Shown: positions 50,867 to 63,780 of the stretch, in pieces | How positions within the stretch are numbered: position 1 is the first letter of the stretch | Layout of the letters: every line of letters starts with the position of its first letter | DNA from: Chara braunii | Taxonomy: Eukaryota > Plantae > Charophyceae | Assembly: GCA_003427395.1 (NCBI GenBank) | Contig: BFEA01000006.1 | Span: 6,776,700-6,840,699 of the forward strand | Direction: 5' to 3' | Length of the DNA stretch: 64,000 nt | Notes under the pieces: model-generated | The model's input: the letters and a program-made list of their open reading frames with translations, nothing else | Databases searched by the model: none | Told to the model about the DNA's origin: nothing | Made by a program: the position numbers and the translations under genes

Positions 50867-51360
50867 GGAAAATAGAGGGCCTCGGTTGGTCCTCTGACTT
50901 TTTCGGAGGCTGGAGGCTGAAACGAAGTGACCACTGCCGATCAGATTTATCAATGGACGTCGGGCCAGATTTATCAATGGCAGTCGGGCCCGACGTCCGA
51001 ATCTTTAGGAGTTTGGGAAAACTGCCACTTTTCCCCATTTTCCCAACACTGGCGGAGGTACTAGAGGTTAACCAATGGCTGACTTATGACTGCAACCACC
51101 GTATGCAGTCTATTTACAACACCGAGGGAATGACCTCTACAAGAGCGTGGTTTAACTTGGACCATCGGATGCACACCCTATCTACGGCCCCCATGTGTCG
51201 GCCACCGTCGCAACGCTGAACGCTCTTACATGTCGCCCACCGTCACGTGGTTTGACAACTACGACCACAATGGAGGTGGCGGGCCCCGGCCAGACGGCCC
51301 ACGGACAGAGTCAGGAGAAACCATCCATTGACTTCGTGCCAGTCGGCGTCCGCGCTTGAC

Positions 51361-51416
51361 AAACTGATCAGAACGGATACTACACTTGATCTTAGCCAAA
51401 AGGCCGAGCAAGGTAT
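51361..51416 (-). pseudogene. U2: 3'-truncated U2 snRNA retrocopy (nt 1 to ~55)
   Basis: ATACCTTGCTCGGCCTTTTGGCTAAGATCAAGTGTAGTATCCGTTCTGATCAGTTT; stem IIa and Sm site absent; direct repeats TTGACA(A/G)ACTG at 51356-51366 and 51418-51428. Confidence 0.92.
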
Positions 51417-51595
51417 TTTGACAGACTGTTCGATTTTTTTGGCGCGGCGCTTTTTGCTGTGCACTTTCGGGGCAGAACGTTTTCGTGCGTGGTTTTGTCG
51501 CGGGACCTTTTCGTGTGTGCTTTCACCGCAAGGGAACTTTTTCGTGCGTGCTATCTGCACAGGCGGGAACGCGGGCATCGGAAGCTGGCTCAGGA

Positions 51596-52681
51596 ATGTC
51601 GTCGGCGGGGAAGGGTCTCGGTTTGGAGTCGAGGCGGAGGGACTCGATCTTGCCGATCCGTCTAGTCAGCACTGCTGATCTCGACTACAGATCTTGTCGT
51701 TGCCGAGTCGATGCAGCGCTATTGAGCGACATACACGTGTCGATCAACCAGCCAGTACGCGTTTTCGTGAGAGAAGTGTCAGCCACTGATGCAGCTCAGG
51801 AGAACGATCAGACTCAGGTGCGATCATCGCCCAGTCAACAGCGATGGGACTGGACCTTCATATGCATAGCGTCCGCGTGGCAGGTGGGCAGTGTTGGTCT
51901 AAGTTGCCCACACGGCTATCTGCTGTTGGATGCGACAGTTCAGTGCGCGCCAATTCGGCGCTCGCGGGGTGATCTCCGCAGGTTGTCAGCGGCAGCGGGA
52001 CGGCGTTTGGAGGGGTGTGTGGTTGCTTTCGAAGGCGAGGCGGAGGCCGCGGGATGCGTTTCGATAGATATCGTTGACGGCTGCGAAAAAGCGGGCAAGG
52101 GGAGACGAGGGGGCGGCGGCGGCGATGGTCTTGTGTCGCACAAAGATCGAATCGTCGCGTGGGTGACAAATCAATTGCGACACAAGGTCGTCTTGCCGGG
52201 ATCGCGTATAGCGCTACACGTGCCACTTCATGAGGCAGAGGCGAAGAAGCAAGAGGAGGAGGGGGAGCAGGAGAAGCAAGGGAGGAAAGGAGAGGGCGAG
52301 GGAAGTTACGTTCGAATTGTGAATACGATTCCACGCGGATCTATTGAACGTCGGCCGATCAGAATCGTCCAATCAACGGCGGTGATTTGCCAGCAGTCGG
52401 GACCGACAGGGAATCGGGATCGAGATTGTCGTAGCCCTTCGGTGCCCGGTTCGGTAACGCTCAGGACGAAGAGCGGCGCCGCCATGGCCGCGAGGATGGA
52501 GACGAAAGCCGGGGTTGGAGAGGCGATCAAGGCAACACCGCACGTGGCTGATGCGGCGGCGTATGGGAATGCTCCTGCGGAAGCCCACTTGGCAGGAATG
52601 CATGCAGCCTTGGTGTCGATGAGGGAGGTGGCTGTATGGCCGTTGATCTACGCGAAGGAAGCTTTTCATCTTGGACTGCAG
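51596..52681 (+). CDS. CDC48B: CDC48B / AFG2B(SPATA5L1)-like AAA+ ATPase, coding exon 1
   Basis: ATG at 51596, 362 codons, ends AEAHLAGMHAALVSMREVAVWPLIYAKEAFHLGLQ (cf. plant CDC48B AEAEIGGN..AL..LRELI.FP..Y..EA..LGLK) then donor CAG|GTACGC. Confidence 0.85.
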
Positions 52682-52915
52682 GTACGCTTCGTCTCCCCCT
52701 CCCCTCCCCCCCCCCGGCCCCCCTTGCCTTTCGCGAAGTTCCTTTCGGTTTGTCGTTCCCCTCTTTCTTTTCTTTCTTTCGGTTTACCCATCACGAGATT
52801 GGAACTTAGACCTGTTTATCAACAGCTTTGGGTTATCGGTGGACCATTCGTCCTCAAGGCAGGTTTGCCATTCTTTTCTTCCACCTTCCTTTTCAGTTTG
52901 TTTTTCCGTTTTCTG

Positions 52916-52958
<43 letters not shown>

Positions 52959-53564
52959 CCCGTTTTTGTCACCCTTGTCCCTCCCCTCTCTCTCTAATCA
53001 CATCGAGAGCTGGAATTTCGGAAGAAGTAGGAGGTGGTGTAGGTATAGCCAAAAGTGCAAAACCTCATCATCCGCCTCCCCGCCGCTATTTCCCCCGGCT
53101 CCCACCGGGCGTTCCTTTGTCCCCCCGCCAGCATTTCTCCAGCTTTTCGCCAACCCTCGTCCCAAGAGTAGAGAATGCCCTCCGAATGTACCTGGAACCG
53201 ACGTGGAGGCAAGTACAGTCCTACGCAGCGGGACGGTATAGATGTCCATCTGAAAACGCAGCCTGCCAGGGGATACTATTTTCCGTCCGTTTAACACTGT
53301 GAGCACCCACTCTAATGGGCACGGATATATGTACCACGCGGTGCCTGGAGCGCCCGGGTGCTGCTGGTAGTATGTCAACCTGCACAAAAAGGCGCGATTT
53401 TGTGTGCCAGGTACTGCCCGTAGTGTGTGGCTCCGCGCAAATAGGCGCAATTTTGGGCCTTGCTCTACTGGGAAACTTTCTTTTTTTTGTTGTATGGACC
53501 ATTTCTTGATTTAGGCGCAATTTTGGGCCTTGCTCTACTGGAAAACTTTCTTTTTTTGGTTGTA

Positions 53565-53632
53565 TGGACCATTTCTTGATTTATGCGTGTCGTCCTTGCG
53601 CAGGGGCCATGCAAATCTTCTGTTTATCGTTC
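53565..53632 (-). pseudogene. U6: 5'-truncated U6 retrocopy with A-rich tail in intron 1
   Basis: Minus strand GAACGATAAACAGAAGATTTGCATGGCCCCTGCGCAAGGACGACACGCATAAATCAAGAAATGGTCCA + A-rich tail; its 3' end is duplicated in the ~70-bp tandem at 53443-53583. Confidence 0.88.
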
Positions 53633-54471
53633 AGCGGGATACCGCAGGAAGCATGAACCGTTTGGTTGATTGGTGTTTGAATTGATCGATCGACTATTTG
53701 ATCGAATTGATTTATAATTTGAGGTATCGAGCATTGATTGATTGCTTGTATCGGTCAATGGATTGATGAATCGGTCCACCTAATGGATCGGTCTGTCCAT
53801 CGATGGATTGATCGTCATCGACTGTAAGTCGATTAGTAAGATTAGTAGTAATTTTTTGAAGTAGTATAATCATAGTGTGTATAATTATGATTAGTACGTA
53901 AATGAGTCCACTTAATGGATCGGTCTGTCCATCGATGGATGGGTGGATGGATCGATCGGTGGATGCGCCAGTCCGCGGATGGATTGTTGGAATCGATAGA
54001 ACTGTCGGTGGATGGATTCTTCAGATCGATCCTTCAGTGACTCTACCGCGATCTTGTTGCGATTTCTAATTTCTCTTTGACCTAACAGCAAGAATACTTA
54101 CTTGGGAAGGCTGCTTGTACCACACACACACGAAAAAAAGGATAAACTCATCGACTGAGCAACGAATGTTGTCCGTGGATTCATATTAACTATCTATTTT
54201 GATTCAGCTATCCATATGATCTTTCGAGGAATGGATTGTTGAGCTGGTAGATCGATCAGTGGATGGATCGTTGGGATCGATCCGTTGAGGATTCTACGTC
54301 GATTTTTAACGGTTCTAATTACTGACTGACCTATGGACAACAGGCTTTCAATCCATGGACTGACCAACGGATATTCTCCATGGATCTATCTCAACTTTCT
54401 ATGGATTCACCTATCAATACGATCTTATCTATTGATTCATATATCTATATGATCTAATCCATTGATCCATC

Positions 54472-54505
<34 letters not shown>

Positions 54506-55089
54506 TATCTATCTATCTACCTATATAATCTTATCTGTCTATATGATCTAATCCATTGATTCATCTATCTATCTATCTATCTATCTATATAATATATTTA
54601 TTGACTCATCTTTATCTATATGATTTATGCATTGGTTCATCTCTCTGTACGAAATTCGTCGATCTATATGACCTATGCATTGATTCGCCTTTATCTATAT
54701 GATCGATCCATTGATTCAAGTCACTACCTGTACGATCTATCCATTGATTTATCGGTGTGTGAACTGATCCATTGATTCAAGCCACTACCTGTACGATCTA
54801 TCCGTCTAGATGATGGTTCGATGTGTATGTTGTGTGCATTGATCCTCTCGACCTTTATTTGTTCATTGGTGCTAAAAATCGATCGACCTAATTGAGAATA
54901 GGATCGACCACCGTAACCCACCATTGAGAAATGATTCAATTCATTGTTACAAATAAAAAGTAACCAACAGTGTGGGATGCCGGAGGGGAACTGTGACCTG
55001 CAGCGGCTTCCACTTTCTTCTGTTCTGCTGTGTTTTTTTTCTTCTTTTTCTGAAAGGGGTTGGCTCCTAACCTTATTGTATCATTATGG

Positions 55090-55152
55090 TTATAGCAGGA
55101 TTCGAACACGTGATCTGTTTATCAACAGTTACATGTGTAACGTTCAGCCACG
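55090..55152 (-). mobile_element. Degenerate tRNA-derived SINE head; related copy at ~58216-58277
   Basis: Minus strand GTGGCTGAA...ACACATGTAACTG...GTTCGAATCC, with the same motifs in both copies. Confidence 0.5.
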
Positions 55153-55696
55153 TGGGCTGTTTTTTTTCTCTTTTTTTTTTCCTTCTGAATTTTCGAATTG
55201 AACCATTTCTCGACTCGTCCGTTCCGTATTTGGCGGTGGAGGGCGGGCGGTGGCGTCACGCTCGTCATCATCATTATTATTAATATTACTATTACGTATT
55301 TTCGTTTCTTCTAAGAATCCACTATTATCACTATTACTATTATTGTAGCTGGCCCACCCAGCGCCGAAGGAACTGCTTGCACGCAAGATTGTTCCGAGAG
55401 CCAATCAGTTTCCCGCCTGTCACTGCAGAGAGAGCCCTATCCGTCACTGCAGGCTGAGCCCCGCCCGTCACTGCAGGCACCACTCTCGCAATCACATAGC
55501 AAAAATCGAGAGTGGTTCGCGCGTTGTCAGACGTGTAGAGCACCCTTTTCGCCTGCTTCTCTTCATCGCTGAATTACATTATTATGGGCTACGGTGTGCC
55601 GAAGAACGTGGTCTATATTTGTTTGAATGGGTTGCGATGGCTGACGCATGCTCTTTTCGTCTGTGCATGGTTTATGATGTACACTTTTCTTTGCAG

Positions 55697-55741
55697 TGGC
55701 CACGTGGACTGCTTCTGCATGGGCCTCCAGGAACTGGAAAG
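55697..55741 (+). CDS. CDC48B: CDC48B-like exon 2 (Walker A)
   Basis: TTGCAG| WPRGLLLHGPPGTGK |GTACGT; phase 0, in frame with exon 1. Confidence 0.92.
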
Positions 55742-56087
55742 GTACGTAGCCATCCGGAGTGGAGACCACGTGGTGTAACTAAATTTGGATTTACGGCGGC
55801 GAGGTCTCAGTTACCATGGATTCTTCTCTTCTGACCGTAGATTACGAAGATCGACGGCCAGGAACGGGGAATCTGGACAAGTGCTGGATGAGTGGGACCT
55901 TGCCTCTAGAGGAATGGAGCGCCCTCTTGAAATCTGAGAAATTAATACGATAGAATTAAAAAGGAAACGAACTGCGTGAATCAACCTGATCTCATGGGAC
56001 ACAAACACGGGTGAGGCCTCACTTTGTGTGTGTATGTGTGTGTGCTGTCATGTTCGCTATACAGAACTCCACAATAAAAGCAGGTCT

Positions 56088-56163
<76 letters not shown>

Positions 56164-57900
56164 AGATTTTCACCACAACAGCCCCTGTTCCACCCAGATG
56201 AGGAGATCGAAAATGGAAGCAGCTTTACCTCTATTGGAGACAATGAAGCGCACTTGAGACGAGTCAGTCCAACAATGAAACAGTTTTTACCTGGAAAGCA
56301 AGCAACGTGCAGCAGAATAGATCCGTCATATTCCCTTCTTGACTATCGTTTTACTTGGCTTTCTGTGGGGTACCACTTTTATTTGTTCTCAGAGCCCATC
56401 TCAGTTTGGTCGGACTGCATGGGTCAGCCAGGGTTCTTTTCCTTTCCTTTTCTTTTCTTTTTTCACCGAAAGATTGTAGGCCTTAGCCGTATTGTATGCA
56501 CCCGGATTGAATCAGGATCTGTTTATTAAAAAAAAAAGTGGATATTGAGAACGGAGTAGGGTGGGGGCTGTCTCAATTTTTCTGTGAGGTTGGGCTGTGG
56601 ACTGTTTCTTTTCTTGGTTATACAAGCCCCTTACAGCCGGAAAATGACACTGCTTTGCGTACGCCACCGGGGCTTTAAGCCTACTGGCGGCAATCAACCC
56701 CGGCGTGCGAAAATGTGACTGCACTGACTTTGACGATTTTTCATGCTTATCGTTTTGTGCGAAAGAATCTGAAAAATAACAGGCCTGTAGGTTTGGTGCT
56801 GATCTTTCAGAGAGAAAAAGAAGGAAAAAAAAGATTATACGATGGCGTTGTAAAGTATGGCCGCAAACTTGTGCTTTTTTGTCACGTTTTTGCTCCCTGC
56901 CCAACTGTTTTCTGCTTCCCGGCTTACTGGTTGTCCGAATTTTAAAGTAGTGCCCGGGCTGCCGGGGATGCCCAGCCCCAGTGTAACCCCCCCCCATAAA
57001 AAAAATCAAAAAATTCTGGGGAAGAAAATGTTGTGTAGACCCTGGATTTGGGCTGAATCCTCTCCTCCCCTCCTCTCCTCCCTCACCCGTCAACTTACAA
57101 GACAGAAAACAAGAAAGACCCCGGATTTGGGCTGCGTTGCGAAGGCATAGAAACACCCCACCTGCGGAAAAAAAGGTCCTGGACTTTTAATATGCCGAGA
57201 TTAACACTGGCGGGTTGCCTGCATGCCCGGCCAGGCATCCAGGTAACCAAGTTTGGAGCTTTGTTTCTGTTAAGGGAGTCGAGTGTTGGGAGTCTCAAGA
57301 ATGGTTGTTCAAGAAAACTCTTTAAAAATTGTTCGGAAAGGTTCAATAACCGAATGCACTGTGAAACACTGAGGGCGAGTTTTGCATGAAAGTGGGTTTT
57401 GTGGTATGATTTCAGTTATTCTTTTTCCCTCTCCCTTTCTAAGAAATTTTCGGCTGTTGGTTTGTTTAATGTACACGCTCTGTGGAGTGGTAGCAAGTTT
57501 CGTCAGAATGTTTTTGGGCTGTTTTGTTAGAAAACCCACTTCTCCCTGAAGTTGTTTACCGATGGTTTGGATCCAGTGCTCCTAATAGGGAGGGCTTCAC
57601 ACTATTAGCCTGTCATCCGTAACAGCTTATTCAGAGCTCCCTGGGTCTCGTCTTCCCCGAACACAACGCAATGTCATTATGGCTGTACCGCACTGGAAAC
57701 ATAGTTTGTATACATTCAGAAAGGGGGTGTGTTGTGTTGGGGGAAAGATGGCAGGCATTCCTCATATCATTGGTTTAAATCTGGTTCTTCCCTTTCCTTA
57801 CTCTAGTCTGCTGATAGCCCGCTTATGTAGGGAGGGAAGATGTGATCCTCTGCTGAATCTCTTGAGCCCTTCGATGAACCTTGTACCGTCTTGCCTGCAG

Positions 57901-57956
57901 ACCCTCCTGGTCCACGCGATTGCACAGGAATGTGGAGCAAGTATTCACACAATCAG
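57901..57956 (+). CDS. CDC48B: CDC48B-like exon 3; gene continues beyond the window
   Basis: CTGCAG| TLLVHAIAQECGASIHTI+AG |GTGC; continues the D1 domain after Walker A. Confidence 0.88.
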
Positions 57957-57996
57957 GTGCTGCATTACATCTGTGACTCTCCTCGTCTCCAGGATT

Positions 57997-58041
<45 letters not shown>

Positions 58042-58619
58042 CCCATCTGATCTCTTGCTTTCTCATCCTGTTGTCTTTCTTCCTCTCTTCTTCGCTCCTC
58101 TCCTCTGCTCTTCTCTCTCCTTGCTCTATCCTTTCCTTGTCTGCTCTCTTGATCTTTTCCTTTCTTTCCTTCCGAAATGGAAGTAGCCCCTAACATTATT
58201 GTATCCATCTGATTCAATCCGAATTCGAACTGATGACCTCTTCATTAGCAGTTACATGTGTGTCGCATTCAGCCACATGTCCCCAGTGCTGGTCTGCCAT
58301 CTCACTTTCTCATCTTCTTTTCCTCTTCCTTCCTCCCCTCTTCCCTCTTCTCCTGCTTCTCCCCCTTCCCCTCTCTCCTTTCCACGTTTGCTCTCTTGCT
58401 TTCTCATCTTCTCGTCTTTTCTCCTCTCCTCTTCCCTCCTTCCTCTGCTTTTCTCTCTTCCCCCCCCCTCCCCTCCCTGCTGTCTTGGTTTCTTTTTCTT
58501 CTTTTTCCCTCTCCTCTTCCTCTTTCCACTGCTCGTTCGTTTTTGTGTCAGAATGCTGGCGTAATAATGATGTGACGATCAGAATGCATGTGGCGCGTCA
58601 GTGAAATAATTTGCATCTC

Positions 58620-59678
58620 TGTGAGGATGATGGAACAAGCCGGCTTTCTGAATCTTCATGCATTATGCAAGGAAAATGAGCAATAGCGAGATGACAATGA
58701 CCAGCATACACAATCACATTGAAGGCCAGATAGTATCACTGTGTCCGGAAAGCAGAATGCACCAATATAACACCAATGAAGAATCGTAACACTGAAAACC
58801 AATGTCAATGAGAGATTACTCTCGCCACCACCAACATGAGTGTCCAGGCCCTATCTTCCTACTTGGCGCTCGGCGTCCAGCCTACTATCTACACAGCTAC
58901 TCTCTGCCTACTAATTGACAATGCAACTGTTGACGTCAGCAGCCTCCGAAGTACTTGAAGATGTCGCCCATGCAGACTATCGCCAATACCAGGTATGTGC
59001 CCTCACATCATCATCATCATCATCATCCGTCTCTCTTTCTCTCTCCCTCGTCTTACTCCCACGTCTTCCCTTTGTACACCCGAAGACCACCCCTGCGCCT
59101 CACTGTACATCCAAGCCCTCAGCCAGCTATGAAGACTGGGCTATGGCGCTGCCGTCAGCAGCGCCCTTCTTCCACACACGACCGCACGTGCGAAGCACCT
59201 TGCTCCAGGGTTAGCAGCCAGCCCGCGAGCATGAGCTCCAGCAGCGCTATTTCGCCAGCCAGCAAGTGCCCGAATGTCTCGCCAGGCGGCGAGCTCTTTC
59301 CTATATGGAAAGAGCCTGCCTCGTATGGCAGCCTGGCTGGACTGGAGTGGGCCCAGAACCTTCCAGTAGGCCCCAGGATGCTGCGCCTTTGGTGCAGCTA
59401 CTGGGCCTCATTCGGTTGGGCCTCTTAACTGTCTGTGTATGAGGCTGCGAATCTCGCCCAGGGCCTGTGCTTTCTGGAAAGGCCTAGAAGGCCTGGGAAT
59501 TTTCCTCGCTGCTCGGCCTGTGTTTCCTTCAACCAACTAGCGCGACGAAACTGCCTGGACCCCAAATACGAAATTGACAGTCGGGGGCCTCTTGTGATTT
59601 GTTAGGCCCGCCTTCACTTAGGGCGGACACAGATGCAACAGGGGCCCCTCAGGCCTGCCGAGGATCCGAATCCTCGCA
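58620..59678 (-). mobile_element. 3' LTR of a chromovirus-type Gypsy element
   Basis: TIR TGTGAGGAT / ATCCTCGCA; polypurine tract (minus strand GAAGTAAAGGAGGGAA) at 59679-59694. Confidence 0.8.
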
Positions 59679-59715
59679 TTCCCTCCTTTACTTCGACAGT
59701 CCTCTGAGAAGTTCT

Positions 59716-59982
59716 TATGAAATAGGCTGCTTCCCTTTCTGATTTCTTTCGTAGCTTGAGATAATTTGGGGAGCAGTCTTCATTGATTACTCTCTTGTGA
59801 ACCACCGGTCTTCTCGAGGATCAGTGTGATGTCTGAACCGCACTCGGTACTGCATCTGTGGCTTTGGCGGTCTACCCCTTCCTGAAGGTCTGGGTACAGG
59901 CATCAGCTTGTGCTTGACAATATCGTCAATGTCCACGTGTCCATCCATGGTTGGGGGCAGCATTGATCTCCCGGAGGGAAAC
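59716..59982 (-). pseudogene. Integrase C-terminal chromodomain-like remnant
   Basis: VDIDDIVKHK...MQYRVRFRHHTDPREDRWFTRE; joins HASKLAPFAATDQF at ~61200 once the nested LTR is removed. Confidence 0.7.
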
Positions 59983-61194
59983 TGTGGCATACTGCGTAGC
60001 CACACGGGCCCTACAGGGCCCGTCCCGGACATTCAGCCTAAAAGCCTAAAACTTAGGGCTTACAGGCCCCGTTCATTTCAGCCTGGATGCTGAAAAACGA
60101 GGGCCTGCAGGCCCTACCTCGTTTCAGCCTATTTCTGGGTCTTTTCAGACCCAGAGTTTTCAGCCTGAAACGGAGGGCCATTTTCAGGCCCTCATTGTTT
60201 CGACCTGCNNNNNNNNNNNNNNNNNNNNNNNNNNNNNNNNNNNNNNNNNNNNNNNNNNNNNNNNNNNNNNNNNNNNNNNNNNNNNNNNNNNNNNNNNNNN
60301 NNNNNNNNNNNNNNNNNNNNNNNNNNNNNNNNNNNNNNNNNNNNNNNNNNNNNNNNNNNNNNNNNNNNNNNNNNNNNNNNNNNNNNNNNNNNNNNNNNNN
60401 NNNNNNNNNNNNNNNNNNNNNNNNNNNNNNNNNNNNNNNNNNNNNNNNNNNNNNNNNNNNNNNNNNNNNNNNNNNNNNNNNNNNNNNNNNNNNNNNNNNN
60501 NNNNNNNNNNNNNNNNNNNNNNNNNNNNNNNNNNNNNNNNNNNNNNNNNNNNNNNNNNNNNNNNNNNNNNNNNNNNNNNNNNNNNNNNNNNNNNNNNNNN
60601 NNNNNNNNNNNNNNNNNNNNNNNNNNNNNNNNNNNNNNNNNNNNNNNNNNNNNNNNNNNNNNNNNNNNNNNNNNNNNNNNNNNNNNNNNNNNNNNNNNNN
60701 NNNNNNNNNNNNNNNNNNNNNNNNNNNNNNNNNNNNNNNNNNNNNNNNNNNNNNNNNNNNNNNNNNNNNNNNNNNNNNNNNNNNNNNNNNNNNNNNNNNN
60801 NNNNNNNNNNNNNNNNNNNNNNNNNNNNNNNNNNNNNNNNNNNNNNNNNNNNNNNNNNNNNNNNNNNNNNNNNNNNNNNNNNNNNNNNNNNNNNNNNNNN
60901 NNNNNNNNNNNNNNNNNNNNNNNNNNNNNNNNNNNNNNNNNNNNNNNNNNNNNCCCCTCCTCTTCGTCTATCCCCTTCCTCCTCGTCTGTGCATGTTCTG
61001 GGCTGGCGCCGTCTTCCTGTGTGAAGCGCCAGACCCATTCACACTATGAAACGATGATGATGATGTATGTTCAGGGCTGCATTACAACATTGATTGTTCG
61101 GATCACTAGTATCTAAGTCTTCCGCTGTGCTATCTTATACTTTGTACTGAAAGGTCGGTTCTTGTTCTGGTCTGCACCTATACGGTATGCAACA
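59983..61194. mobile_element. Solo LTR nested in the chromovirus integrase
   Basis: TGTGGCATAC...GTATGCAACA ends; 5-bp TSD GAAAC at 59978-59982 and 61195-61199; mostly N-gap. Confidence 0.8.
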
Positions 61195-61199
61195 GAAAC

Positions 61200-63435
61200 T
61201 GATCAGTGGCAGCGAAAGGTGCCAACTTGGAGGCATGGAACACAGGGTAAGTACGCAAGTGTGCAGGGATGCGAATCACATATGATGGTCCATCTGGTTG
61301 ATCTCCTATAATATCCAAGATCTCCCAGGGCCCAAAGTATTGCGGCATCAGTTTGTGTGAAATCCCGAACTCTTGGCCTAGTTCAGATGATTTGACCTAG
61401 ACTCTATCACCTACCTGAAAGTTAGAGGGCGGTCTATGCTTATTCTCAGATGCAATCATAGCATCCTGAGATTTTCTAATATGTTTGACGGCCTGCTGCA
61501 GCATCAGCAAACTCTATGCTGCCAGGTGCTGCAGTGAGTTGTCTTTCTGGTAGCAGAAAGTCAAGTGCAGTTCCGGGCTTCCAGCCAAGGTGCAGTTGGT
61601 TGGGAGTCGTTTCTGTAGTACTGTGCACAACGTTGTTGTAAAGGCTGGCGACGAGAGGTAACTTCTCGTCCTAGTCAGCAGGTGCTGTACTACTCGGTTC
61701 ATCTGTTCTACATGGCCATTGGATTCAGGGTGGTTCCCTGAGGTCATTTGTAGCTTAGTGCCCATTTGCTCAGTTGTTGAATGCCACAATTCGCTGGTAA
61801 ATCTCACGTCCCTGTCACTCACTATAGACGTAGGGAGTCCAAAATCGCATACCCAGTTGTCTAGAAACAGTTTGATGACATAGTCAGTCTTAGCAGTTTC
61901 TGGCATAGCGATTAGTCTTGCATACTTAGAAAAGCGGTCCACTATAACGAAGATATGTCTCTTGCCCATCCTGCTAGTTACAAGAGTATCCATGAAGTCC
62001 ATGGACACACTCTGACCAGGCCCTTCAGGAATCGGCAAGGGCTTGAGAAGCCCAAGCGGAGCTTGAGTTCTAGGTTTATCCCTTTGGCAAACCTGGCAGG
62101 TTTCAACGTACTTTTTCGCATCTTGCATCATAGTGGGCCACCAAAATCTTTGCACTAGATTAGCTGAAGTCTTCTTATAACCAAAATGACCAGTTGCATC
62201 GTGACATTCCCCTAAAAATAAACTACGCAAAGACTCACTACTGGGAACACTCAGTCTCTTATTCTTTGCCTTTTCAAGAAACAATAAACCATCTACCATC
62301 GCAAATTCGTCAGAAGTTATTTTATTCTTCTCTTTGAACTTATGGATGACCTCAGACATAATTGAATCTTGCTGGTAGGCCTCCACCAAAGATCGAGTTA
62401 GGTCATCAAATATGCCAAATTCAGTCACGAATGTGACTAGATAGTCTGCCCTTCGCGATAGTGCATCCGCTACTTTATTGTACTCTCCCTTGATAGGATC
62501 AAGTGGATAGTCATACATATTTATCACTTGTATCCATCTCTTTAGTTCATCTGAGAGTGCCGGTTGTATTTTGATCCAGCGCAGGGTCTCATGGTTAGAT
62601 CTCACATAGAAAAATCTGCCAAGGAGATAGTGTCTCCAATGGACCAGCGCTTGGTAAAGGGCGTAGAGCTCACGGTCGTCAGTAGACTTGGCTAGTTTAT
62701 GAGATGGCATCTTTTTGCTCATATACTCGATCGGTCTCAACTTTGGCCCCTCCTTTTGCGCAAGGACCGCGCCGATGCCATATTTGCTGGCATCTGTGGT
62801 CACGACAAAGGTTTTATCAGGATCAGGAAGTTTGGGGACTTCATAGTGGGTCAGAGCATACTTCAGTTTCCTGAAGGCCTCCTCACACTCTTCAGTCCAC
62901 TCCCAAGGGGTGTCAAGTCGAGTTAGATCTGTTAATGGGGAAGCTATAGTACTATAGTTCTTAACAAACGGACGATAGTAGCCTGTCATCCCCCAAAACG
63001 ATCTGACCTCGGGAACAGTCTGAGGTCTGGGCCAGTCACGTATGCTGGCCACCTTAGCATCGTTCGACCTCAACCCATCCGCGAAGATTTCATGACCCAA
63101 GTACAAAATCTTGGTGCGATCGAACTTGCATTTCTCCAAGTTTATCTTGTACTGGTGCTGTCTTAGGAGACCTAGCACTATTTTTAAGTGCTTAGCGTGC
63201 TCCTCTACAGTCCTACTAAAGATAAGGATATCGTCGAGGTACACGACGATAAACTTGTCTAAGTACTTGAAATATCCTATTCATGGCGTGCTGGAATGTC
63301 CCAGGGGCATTGCATAGGCCAAAGGGCATCACCACAAACTTGTACAGACCGTACCTGGTCTGAAAATCGGTTTGGTGCTGGTCCTCAGGTCTGATAGCAA
63401 TTTTATGGTATCCGGACTTTAGACCTATCTTAATA
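61200..63435 (-). pseudogene. pol: Chromovirus pol fragment (RT-RNase H-integrase), 5'-truncated, in intron 3 of the AAA gene
   Basis: KSGYH, VMPFGLCNAP, YLDD, TDAS..GIGAVL, HDATGHFG..CQVC, SMDF, SDRD, YFGPW motifs. Confidence 0.92.
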
Positions 63436-63715
63436 ACAAGTGGACCAAGGACGATGACGAAAACATTTTGCGAAAAACCCCAGCCATCAGTTGGACCCCA
63501 TCTTTGCAATGTACCCGTACCGGACGTTGCCCAACTTTGCAAAATGCCCCGGCAGCTGCCAAGTTTTCATAGGTGCAACTGCAAAAGGCCAAGCGGATTT
63601 GCTCTCTCTCTCTCTTTCTCTCTCTCTCACCATTCGTCTCTCTCTCACCATTCGTCTCTCTCTCACCATTCGTTGCCTCTGCTGTTTCCCCTTGCCAGCA
63701 ATCTGACTCTCCCCT

Positions 63716-63780
<65 letters not shown>

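Noticed and set aside
50801-51416. U2 5' domain and U6 catalytic core on the same strand ~500 nt apart, as a natural cis U2/U6 ribozyme
   Set aside because: Each fragment has its own flanking direct repeat, indicating independent retro-insertions, and the U6 arm of helix II is missing. Proximity is best explained by the high retrocopy density.
51485-53302. 605-aa single-exon ORF
   Set aside because: Reads through the donor at 52682 into intronic (TG)n sequence; the real frame continues at 55697.
60087-61049. Long ORFs across N-gaps or microsatellites (also 45010-45667, 28181-28796, 12022-12710)
   Set aside because: Artefacts of undetermined bases and simple repeats.
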